Position numbers and translations under genes: made by a program
Shown here: positions 10,930-20,275 of the stretch, piece by piece
How the letters are laid out: each line of letters opens with the position of its first letter
Numbering within the stretch: the first letter of the stretch is position 1
Notes under the pieces: generated by a model
What the model saw: the letters and a program-made list of their open reading frames with translations, nothing else
What the model was told of the DNA's origin: nothing
Database searches by the model: none
From: Octopus bimaculoides
Taxonomy: Eukaryota
Assembly: GCF_001194135.2 (NCBI RefSeq)
Contig: NC_068985.1
Span: forward strand, 71,367,311 to 71,400,386
Reading direction: 5' to 3'
Length of the DNA: 33,076 nucleotides

Positions 10930-11535
10930 TACATAGGTACAAAGCGGGTAATTTTGTAGGAAGGGGTTGGTCCATTCAACCAACCTCGGTACTTGAATGG
11001 GACTTTATCGAACTTTATCTCTTGTTGAGATTTGAAATCAGAACATAAAGAACCACTTTCAATAAGGATGGTTTCTGATTTAAGGACGAGGCCAACAACA
11101 TTAAAGGAAGGGGTTAGTCGATATCAGTGATCCTAGTACTTCACTGGTACTTTATTTTATCGACCCACACTAGGATGAAAGGCAAAGCTGACCTCGACGG
11201 GATTTGAACTCTGAACATTAAGATACAGAACGAATACATTCACACATACAGAAAACGTTTTAAAGATGTCACAAAAGCGTGAGTATATACGAAGTTAAAT
11301 AATAAAAGTGGCAGTGGGCCAAAGATTGGATTCAAATTTTGGTCCAAGGCCAGCAAGTTCGGTGGGAGGGATAAGTCGATTACATCAACGCCTGTGTTCA
11401 GCTGGTACTCATTTTATCGACCCCAAGCAGATGAAAAGCAAAGTCGACCTCGGCGGAATTTGAACGTAAGGAAGAACAAAATGCCGCTAAGCATTTTGCG
11501 CGGCGTACTAACGATTCTGCCAGCTCACTGCCTTC
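10930..11535 (-). mobile_element. three tandem family-B SINEs (10930-11050 degraded, 11065-11235, 11325-11535)
   Basis: Repeated ACTGGTACT...TTATCGACCC...GATGAAAGGCAAAG...GATTTGAAC blocks. Confidence 0.8.
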
Positions 11536-11649
11536 GCTCTATTACGAAACGTTGAAACGTGTTAGCATTTTATTAATTACTAAAAGTAATTAAATAAGTA
11601 TATTTTAACACATTACAAGTAAAAGAATTATAAATATAAACACAAATTA

Positions 11650-12440
11650 AGTGTAATCCTTCCGTACACAGGTGAGAAACTACAGCTTGGGTTTGATAAA
11701 CGCATCACATGGGCTCATCACCTTTCATTCCCAAGTATTCTTTGTCTTCATATTGGTAACCGTTAGTACCGAATGAGTCTGTGTATAACTCAAATGCCTA
11801 AGTGGCTTCAAAATCTTTTAAATGCGGTTTTCACCAGCAGCTTATTTCCTATTTGCTCCACATAATCGGAGCTCCTCTCTTTGCAAATCTACACTTTGTC
11901 TAATGGTTATTGCAGGCCACTTAGATAGTCTCACAGTTGGACGTTGCTATACGAAGCATTGTAATCCCATACGTCTCTAGAAAAAGGTGAGCCCATCCGC
12001 ACATGTTCTACTCGCTTTCCCTTCAAATCTACTTGACATTTTTAGAAGTTTTTTTCTCTCTCTTACTCATTCCACTGCCCTCCATAGTCTTCGACCCCTG
12101 ATTATTGTCTAGCGCCTCATCGTCACAAGACGATGGGAGTAATGTTGTATTTGGCTGGGGTGAACGAGGACTCGGTCATTCTCTTCTGGGACGGGGAGAC
12201 GAGACGATATCTCCCGATACTCCCAGAGCATTGACTGGTGGTGCCATGAGAACAGTAGCTTCTGTGATCGGATGCTGTTGTTGTTGCAGCTTTCTCTTCA
12301 GTTTTCATTTTCTTTTTCTTGAGTTCTTCCGCATAGCAGCTGAGCTTTTTGTGCTGGACCGCCAATCTCACCGCATCTTTGCTTTCTGCACTCAAGACTC
12401 AATACTCTTCTGGAACGATCCTGCGACATTCGAAGGTAAT
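11650..12440 (-). mobile_element. heavily decayed LINE fragment, probable ORF1 3' part plus ORF2 apurinic-endonuclease start (L1/Tx1-like)
   Basis: Minus strand gives MLRIATSNC at 11959 (compare the usual MLRIATLNxRG start), then a frameshifted DYV-(A)IQE(T)KL-like stretch. Upstream lie a basic helical segment (AESKDAVRLAVQHKKLSCYAEELKKKK) and a P/S-rich segment. Many stops. Confidence 0.5.
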
Positions 12441-12594
12441 TAAGACTTGAATGTTTATGCAGACCCCTCCCGATCGCATGTCATTTCCAGTCTCTTAAGT
12501 GTTGAATAATACTGATGATAGGGAAAGATCTACATTGAAATGGAATGATTTCGGAAAAAGAAAGGGAAAGCATACACAGTATATGAAATAATAT

Positions 12595-12805
12595 TCTTTC
12601 TAATATAGGCACAAGGTTTGAAATTTGAATGGGGGAGCTGTTAAGTCGGTAACACCGACCCCAGTACTTGACCGGTGTTTATTTTATCGCCCTTTAAAGG
12701 ATGAAAGGCAAAGTAGACTTCGGCGGAATTTGAGCACAATGACGGACGGAATGCCACTAAGCTTTTTGTTTGGCATTCTAAAGATTCTGCCAGCTTGCAA
12801 CTTTC
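12595..12805 (-). mobile_element. family-B SINE
   Basis: Complete body: GACCCCAGTACTTGACCGG...AGGATGAAAGGCAAAGTAGACTTCGGCGGAATTTGAG...GATTCTGCCAGCT. Confidence 0.85.
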
Positions 12806-12809
12806 TTAA

Positions 12810-12823
12810 TAACAACAACAGCA

Positions 12824-12882
<59 letters not shown>

Positions 12883-12999
12883 AAGAAGAAGAAGAAGAAG
12901 AAGAAGAAGAAGAAGAAGAAGAAGAAGAAGAAGAAGAAGAAGAAGAAGAAGAAGAAGAAGAAGAAGAAGAAGAAGAAGAAGAAGAATAGTAATAATAAC

Positions 13000-13045
<46 letters not shown>
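12810..13045 (+). repeat. compound (AAT)n-(AAG)44-(AAT)n microsatellite
   Basis: AAG run 12853-12984 with AAT runs on both sides. Confidence 0.95.
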
Positions 13046-13049
<4 letters not shown>

Positions 13050-13050
<1 letters not shown>

Positions 13051-13225
13051 TTCTGATATAAGCACAAGATCAAAAATATTGGGAGGCGAAATTGCTGTCA
13101 GTTAAAGAGACCCTAGTAATTTACTGGCTCGGGAAAGGTGATAAACAAACTGTATTCTGGTGGGATTTGAACGCGAATGGGTGGTTGTGGAGACTGGGAC
13201 AAATTAAATACTGCGATGCATTTTG
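13050..13225 (-). mobile_element. family-B SINE remnant
   Basis: TTTCTGATATAAGCACAAG...GACCCTAGTAATTTACTGG...GGGATTTGAACGCG. Confidence 0.5.
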
Positions 13226-13494
13226 TCCAGGAGTTGTTTTGCATTTGTTGTTGGTGATGGTGATGTTAATGGCGGTTGTGCTGGTTGTGTCTAAGCCCTA
13301 TCCATCCCTATCAGTCAGCCTGATCCATTTGATCTATGATTAAAAGGGATCATCACAGCAGATTTTTTTTCAAACATAGTGTACCACATTTATTTAATGT
13401 ACCCAATTTTTAACAGCAGAGAGTGGTTCGGGACATTTAGCTACTGTTTCTAGCAAATTCACTTATGGGATCAATCGTCTTTATCGCGGTTGAA

Positions 13495-13829
13495 GATTAC
13501 AATACTGGCACTTCGTCGGTTACGACGACGAGGGTTCCAGTTGAACCGATCAAAAGAACAGCCTACTCGTGAAATTAAGGTGCAAGTGGCTGAGCATTCC
13601 ACAGAAATGCGTACCCTTAATGTAGTTCTCAGGGAGATTCAGCGTGACAGAGAATGTGACAAGGCCGGCTCTTTCATATACAGGTACAACTCATTTTTAC
13701 CAGCTGAGCAGACTGGGGCCACGTGAAATAAAGTGTCTTGCTCGAGCACACAATACGCCGCCGGGAATCGAAATCACGAGCTTACGATTGTGAGCCGAAT
13801 ACGCTAACCACTAAGCCACGCACTTTCAC
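13495..13829 (-). mobile_element. tRNA-headed CORE SINE with a long distinct body (family D)
   Basis: Reverse complement: A-box TGGCTTAGTGG, B-box GATTTCGATTCC, CORE-like GAGCAAGACACTTTATTTCACGTGGCCCCAG...AAAAATGAG, body ...GAATCTCCCTGAGAACTAC..., tail GGAACCCTCGTCGTCGTAACCGACGAAGTGCCA. Confidence 0.8.
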
Positions 13830-14714
13830 AGCTTAGAATACTAAAACACAAAACAAATCAAATATTTCTGCGGCCAAAAGACTTTGAGAGTGAGAGATGT
13901 CAAAAGTTTCCTCCAATCGATAGGTGAGTGTATGACAAGGACATTAAATAGTGACAGGACAATAAATAGATCGTCTATCTACAGCGGATTGGATTCAAAT
14001 GTCTCTTCTCGTACAATGACTTGATTGACCTTTTGGTTCATGTCATTAACGGAGACGAGGGAAATGATTTAGGATTAAGGATTTCTATATAACAACTATG
14101 GAACCAAGAAGCCTACCATAACATTCCTACTACATCTTTATATGTAGGATTAGTCCTTTTGTCATCTCATCATCATTGTTACTATCGCATTCGTCCCCAT
14201 CAACGTCGACATCATCATGGCCGACATCATCATCGTCATCGTCACCATCATGATTATCATCATCGTCATCGTCATCATCATCGGTTAAAAGCATGATTAA
14301 CTTAGGTATTTACTTTTGTCAGTTTGTGTTCTGTGTTCTGTGTTCCAGTCAGTCCCTCTGGAGTCGATATAAACGAAGTTGAATGTTGATTGCATGACAA
14401 AAACCAGAATCCCCGTAGAACTCTGCGTACAAACTCTGGCAGTATTCAACAAACGTCAATATGTGTTCTTAGTTCAATACCTACAGAGGCAAGATTTTCA
14501 TCTTATCCATTAGATGAGGTGAAATCGATAAAATTAAATAGCAGCCAAGAACCAAAATTAGCTAAATATTTGCAATAAAAGTTGTATGTATTATATTATA
14601 TCATATTACACACACTCACACATACATACATACAACATACATACATACATACATACATACATACAAACATACCTACATACATACATACATACATAACGTT
14701 TGTTTTTATGTTCA

Positions 14715-14860
14715 ATTATAATAAGAACTATTCTACATTAATCTGATGGGTTATTCTATACTTTTATAGAGTACAATTTTATTATTCTTATAGAAGAATG
14801 TTGTTGACAGAGACTTCGAAGTTTCGGTAGTAGTTGCCGTCGTCAGACTGCAGACAACGT
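14715..14860 (-). mobile_element. family-P hammerhead-bearing repeat (Penelope pLTR-like)
   Basis: Homologous to both arms at 9337-9540 and contains a hammerhead core. Confidence 0.65.
14803..14858 (-). ncRNA. type-I hammerhead ribozyme motif (degenerate helix I)
   Basis: Minus strand: ...GCAGU-CUGACGA-C-GGCA/ACUAC/UACC-GAAA-CUUCGAAG-UC-UCUGUCAAC. Both core boxes are intact, with a GUC cleavage triplet and a palindromic helix III (ACUUCGAAGU). Confidence 0.65.
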
Positions 14861-15139
14861 CGCGTTACCTAAACCCCTTGATACATCATTACCTCAGCCT
14901 TCACACACGTCTCCCGTACATTCAAAAATAACCTCAGACCATAATCCTCCCCTACCGCAGCCACGTTGACAGCCGTTGCTTTTGGATTCCAGAGAAAGCT
15001 CGTCTATTACGCTACCGTTCATGCAGGTTAGTTAACCGGGCCAACGCATGCAAAGTCACGAACTCGGACAGTTGAACAAGATTACCGTTATATCGTGTCC
15101 TGAGAACACTGAATATTCTCTTAACTTTTGATAATGACA

Positions 15140-15394
15140 TATAGCTATACAGATAGATATACAGATAGATAGATATACTGATTGATAGATATACTGATTG
15201 ATAGATATACTGATTGATAGATATACAGACAGAAGACAGGCAAACAGACAAACAGACAGACAGACAGACAGATAGATAGACGGACGGACGGACAGACAGG
15301 CAGGCAGGCAGGCAGACACACAGACAGACAGACAGACAGAAAGAGAGATAGACATAAATATATACATATGTATGCATGTGTAGAGAGGATAGAT

Positions 15395-15426
<32 letters not shown>

Positions 15427-15440
15427 AGACAGACAGACAT

Positions 15441-15481
<41 letters not shown>

Positions 15482-15492
15482 TAGACAGACAG

Positions 15493-15575
<83 letters not shown>
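15140..15575 (+). repeat. (GATA)n/(GACA)n compound microsatellite with a 16-bp higher-order unit
   Basis: GATAGATATACTGATT x3 at 15168-15215. Confidence 0.9.
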
Positions 15576-15779
15576 TTCGCGACAAAACAACAAATCAAGA
15601 AAAGAGTAGAACACAGTATAGAAACATGTAAATCAACCCGGATACATCGATTCTCGTCCAATCACAGAACTTAAGCAACATCGAACCAAGTATTTTGCGA
15701 TTAGGTGGGTGACCGCGTGAAAGTCCTACACACTGTAAATATATGCTTTATTCTTTCAAGGCGGTAACCAATCATGGCT

Positions 15780-16164
15780 GCAGAGGCGTGACTATGTTGT
15801 AAGAAGCTTGCTTCTCATCCACATGGTTCCGGGTTCAGTCCTGCTGCGTGTCACCTTGAGCGAGTGTCTTCTACTATATCCTCGACTAACCAGAGCCTTG
15901 TGAGTGGATGTGGTTGATGGAAACAGAAAGAAGCCCGTCGTACATGTGTGTGTGTCTGCGTTTATCACCCCACCACTGCTAAACAACTGATGATGTGCTT
16001 ACGTCTATGTAACTTAGCGGTTCGGCAATAGAGTCGCTAGAATAAGTATCAGGCTTTAAAAAAAAATACTAGGGTCAATTCATTCGGCTAAAAATTCTTC
16101 AGGGCGGTACCCCAGCATGGCCGCAGTCTAATGATTGAAACAAGTAAAAGGTGAAAGTAAAAAG
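15780..16164 (+). mobile_element. family-A SINE, diverged
   Basis: GCAGAGGCGTGACTATGTTGTAAGAAGCTTGCTT...GGGTTCAGTCC...GCATGGCCGCAGTCTAATGATTGAAACAAGTAAAAG. Confidence 0.85.
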
Positions 16165-16199
<35 letters not shown>

Positions 16200-16239
16200 C
16201 ACACAGACACACACATAATATATATATATATATATATAA

Positions 16240-16311
16240 GGATGCTGTTTGTTGAATGGTAGCACATCAACCTCTCGTAAAAGGGAGTAAGTTCGATTCT
16301 CACAGTTTCTA
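16240..16311 (+). pseudogene. tRNA-like unit (tRNA-Thr(CGT)-derived pseudogene or SINE head)
   Basis: Acceptor GGATGCT/AGTTTCT (6/7 pairs including wobbles), D arm TGTT-GAATGGT-AGCA, loop CTCGTAA, T arm GTAAG-TTCGATT-CTCAC. The anticodon stem is largely unpaired, so it is not a functional tRNA. Confidence 0.55.
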
Positions 16312-16325
16312 ATATCTAACCTTCT

Positions 16326-16385
16326 TATTTTCACTGACGATGCCTCAGCATGGACGCAGCGCATGAGCCGAAATGCATATAATGC
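16326..16385 (+). ncRNA. type-I hammerhead core 1 (helix I 3' strand not evident)
   Basis: CUGACGA (16334-16340), helix II GCCUCA/UGAGCC (5/6 bp), GAAA (16370-16373), palindromic AUGCAU helix III, AUA triplet. Confidence 0.5.
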
Positions 16386-16640
16386 GTAGTGGTTAAGAGC
16401 GTGGTCTACTAACCCCAGGCTTCCGAGTTCGATTCCAGGCAGTGACCTGAATAATAATAATAATAATAATGATAATAATAATAATAATAACAACATCGAA
16501 AAATACCTTAGGAATGAGGACCCAGGTTCGAAATTTCCCCAGGACACCTGATGAAGGCTGGAGGGTATATCAGCCGAAACCTTGTGTTAAGAACAAACAA
16601 GATGAGGACAAATATCCATGTAAATAATGTGCAATTATTA
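16375..16640 (+). mobile_element. tRNA-headed, (AAT)n-containing, hammerhead-bearing SINE-like element
   Basis: A-box-like TGCGTAGTGGTT (16383-16394), anticodon-loop-like CTACTAA, B-box GAGTTCGATTCC (16425-16436), (AAT)n at 16450-16490, hammerhead at 16543-16588, AT-rich tail. Confidence 0.7.
16543..16588 (+). ncRNA. minimal type-I hammerhead ribozyme motif 2
   Basis: GACAC-CUGAUGA-A-GGCUG/GAGGGUAUAU/CAGCC-GAAA-CC-UU-GUGUU. Helix I GACAC/GUGUU (5 bp) and helix II (5 bp) pair. Helix III reads ACCU instead of the self-complementary ACGU, so this copy is probably impaired. Confidence 0.75.
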
Positions 16641-17039
16641 TGTATTATCTGATGCAAATATTTATAAAATATATTATATATCATTTAAAATATATCTCAG
16701 TATACATATTGTATGTAGATAGATAGATAGATATACGTTTATATATATATTGCATTATATGTGTGTGCGTGTATATATATGTGTGTGTATGTATGTGTAT
16801 ATATAGTTTTGTATGTGTGTGAGTGTTTGTGTGTCTGTATTGACTTGAAACTCACAGTAACTCCAGTATAATTTTTGAAAAGTGATTTTGCTACAGTATA
16901 GTCCCATGACAAGAAAATTTTAGTTGCCATCTGTAATCTTATTTTATTAACAATTGCGTATATAGGATCTGTAACATGTGCATAAATGATGAGTATCCGC
17001 ATATAAAATTAATACATTAAATATATGTTATGTAATATT

Positions 17040-17041
17040 TA

Positions 17042-17082
<41 letters not shown>

Positions 17083-17083
17083 C

Positions 17084-17119
<36 letters not shown>

Positions 17120-17155
17120 TAGATAGATAAATAGATAGATAGATAGATAGATATG
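17040..17155 (+). repeat. (CA)n-(TA)n-(GACA)n-(GATA)n compound microsatellite
   Basis: Direct reading. Confidence 0.9.
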
Positions 17156-17639
17156 TTTCTTTATTAGCCACACAGGGCTCAACATAGAAGGGACAAAATA
17201 CAAATGTAGAGTTTTTCTTTTCGAGGGGGGGCGAAAAAAATAAAAAAATAAATAAATAAAATAAAAATTTTTTTTTTAAAGTGGGGACAACGATGGAAAA
17301 AGAACATCGCAGAACGTTTGGGGTATTTACAAAAAATATGAAATAATACAGAAAATAGGTAGATAGATATTCCTGTATTTATATATAAAATATACATGCG
17401 TATTTTCATCTTGGTGCATATTTATTTCATGCGCTAGCGCGCGCGTACACGTGAGCGTACATTATGCATGCATTGATCTATCGTTTTCACTACACTTGTA
17501 ACTGTGTTATAATTTTCCTACCATATAAGACCACCATCATCGAGATTGCTTCTGGCAAATTATCTACATTTCTACCTCTTGCTTATTTTCTGAGGCATCG
17601 AAACTCGGAAATTCCTGTGGAATCTGTTAATCGTCTGTC

Positions 17640-17859
17640 ATTGACTTGTTTCAGTCATTAGACTGCGGCCATGCTGGGGCACCGTCATGAAGAGTTTTAG
17701 TCAAACGAATCGACCCCAGGACCTATCTTTTTAAAGCCTGGTAGTGATTCCTATTTGTCACTTTTGCTGAACTAGTAAGTTACGGGAACGTAAACATACC
17801 AACACCGATTGTCAAGTGGTGTTGGGGAACACACACACAAAAGCATACACACCGACACA

Positions 17860-17909
<50 letters not shown>

Positions 17910-18591
17910 CACACACATACACAGACACATATATATGTGTGTGTGTGTATATATGTATATATACATGTGTATGTATGTATGTATANNNNNNNNNNNNNNN
18001 NNNNNNNNNNNNNNNNNNNNNNNNNNNNNNNNNNNNNNNNNNNNNNNNNNNNNNNNNNNNNNNNNNNNNNNNNNNNNNNNNNNNNNNNNNNNNNNNNNNN
18101 NNNNNNNNNNNNNNNNNNNNNNNNNNNNNNNNNNNNNNNNNNNNNNNNNNNNNNNNNNNNNNNNNNNNNNNNNNNNNNNNNNNNNNNNNNNNNNNNNNNN
18201 NNNNNNNNNNNNNNNNNNNNNNNNNNNNNNNNNNNNNNNNNNNNNNNNNNNNNNNNNNNNNNNNNNNNNNNNNNNNNNNNNNNNNNNNNNNNNNNNNNNN
18301 NNNNNNNNNNNNNNNNNNNNNNNNNNNNNNNNNNNNNNNNNNNNNNNNNNNNNNNNNNNNNNNNNNNNNNNNNNNNNNNNNNNNNNNNNNNNNNNNNNNN
18401 NNNNNNNNNNNNNNNNNNNNNATATATATATATATACATACGACGGGCTTCTTTCAGTTTCTGTCTTTCAAATCCCCTTGGTCGGCCGGGGCTATAGCAG
18501 AAAGACACTTGCCCAATGTTCCACACAGTGGAACTGAACCGGGAATCACGTGGCTGGAAAGCAAGCTTCTTACCACATAGCCACGCCTGCG
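17640..18591 (-). mobile_element. family-A SINE with a greatly expanded internal microsatellite spanning a gap
   Basis: Tail at 17640-17830 and head at 18435-18591 are in the same orientation, separated by (CA)/(TA) repeats and Ns. Confidence 0.8.
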
Positions 18592-18924
18592 ACTATGATA
18601 TTGTATGTTTCAAGGTTTCATGGTTTTGTTCTTTCTCTGTTTCTTGCTTTCTGTCCCCTTCTTTCTTTGGCTATTTCATCTGCCTGCACTCACGTGCTCG
18701 GACACATACTTAAGTGCATTCATACAGACACACAGTGACACACACGGATGTAAACGTAAACAAGCCGAGACATACAGACACACGGATACGAACACACACA
18801 CATGCGGACAAACAGACGTCAAGATACATGGGGACATAACAGCCGCTCATACATATACACATGTATATTCACACACACATGCATAGATATAGGCGTGTAG
18901 TACACGTCCACGCGTACATGGGCT

Positions 18925-18971
<47 letters not shown>

Positions 18972-19284
18972 ATACACACAAATATACACATGTTTAGATA
19001 TACAGAATAATGAACAGAGACACACCGACACGCACGCATAATGATACAGTAACAAACACAACTATTCATGTATGCACAAGTATATTGAAACACACACGCA
19101 CACACAGATACATATATGCATTAATATAGGGGTTTTAGCAACAACATATACATCATGCATGAATTCACTGATATACAGAGAGTCAGATACGGACCATTCG
19201 AAAGTGAAGACTTAAGAAAATGTATGGAGCGAGAATAGAATATATGTTCTGAATTCCCATGTAAATCGTCAATGGACGAATAAG

Positions 19285-19400
19285 ACAGTGTGTGTGTGTA
19301 TGTATGTATGTATGCATGTAAGTATGTATGTGTGCGTGTGCATGTATGTATCTATGTATGCATGCATGTATGTATACATGTATGTATGCATGTACATATG

Positions 19401-19433
<33 letters not shown>

Positions 19434-19535
19434 GCATGCATGTATGTATATACATACATGTATATACATGTTATATATACATATATATGTGTGTGTGTGT
19501 GTGTGTTTGTGTATATGTGTGTGTGTGTGTGTATA
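19285..19535 (+). repeat. (TATG)n/(TA)n/(TG)n microsatellite
   Basis: Direct reading. Confidence 0.9.
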
Positions 19536-20084
19536 AATATGGCAAATTTGCCACTTTCTCTGAAGATTAAAAAACGGTGAAAAGTCTTAATCGATTTTCG
19601 ACCCTTATTGGAATTTCATTAGACGTGTCTGAATCATTTGACCAATCCTAGGTAAGCTGGTGCTCAATCTAGGTAGGTCCATATTTGCATATATTGATGT
19701 TTAAATCTATGTTGATTTTGAATCAGCGGAACTATCCTCAAAAACGCTTCCAACCATGTCCATCTTTAAGTTAAAAGCCAGTATAGTGTGACTTTAGGGA
19801 AATTGAGTGCTATTTCTAGCAATGGGGTTTCTTCCTATGTATGTATGTGTATATAATCTGTGTATGGGTGTGTGTAGTTGAGTATCCTTTTTGCTAGAGC
19901 CTCAAAGAGGAAAGGCAGCACCTATAACACTTGTCAGGGTATCTGAAATCGGTGAAAGGATAGAAATTATCCTCAGCCCAGAAACCTTACCCGAATATTT
20001 GCAGCAGAGTGGGCCCTCTCAAAGGTACCCATGGATCAGATGGTGATATATAACTTGGCGACGGATTAGAAGACGCAGCCGCAA

Positions 20085-20275
20085 GAAATACAAACTGTCT
20101 CTCCGACACAGTCTTCCATGTACGATATTTAATTCACAAAGGCTCTAGTCTGCCTGAGGCATTTGTGGGAGGTACATACCGAAGGAATTACATTAAAGAC
20201 TGTAGAAATTTCCAAGCTAATCGAATCAACAACCTGATGTGTAAGCTCAGCTGTAACCACTTTATTAGGTCACTA
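20085..20275 (-). mobile_element. very decayed family-A-like SINE
   Basis: CAGTCTTCCATGTACGATATTTAATTCACAAAGGCTCTAGTCTGCCTGAGGC resembles the reverse of the family-A body. Confidence 0.4.

Noticed and set aside
11740-11830. ELYTDS motif suggesting an LTR/DIRS RNase H
   Set aside because: A single short motif amid stops. The upstream endonuclease-like start fits a LINE better.
12508-12545. CTGATGA...GAAA pair; a similar CTGACGA...GAAA pair at 26528-26550
   Set aside because: No helix II closing next to GAAA and no helix I or III, so these are chance motif pairs.
13832-13929. Possible exon ending at a GTGAGT donor (13924)
   Set aside because: The acceptor overlaps a SINE head and the peptide is unrecognised. 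An isolated donor-like hexamer is expected by chance.
16375-16445. Calling either tRNA-like unit a functional tRNA gene
   Set aside because: The anticodon stems are mismatched, the acceptor stems imperfect, and both units are embedded in repeat-like cassettes.
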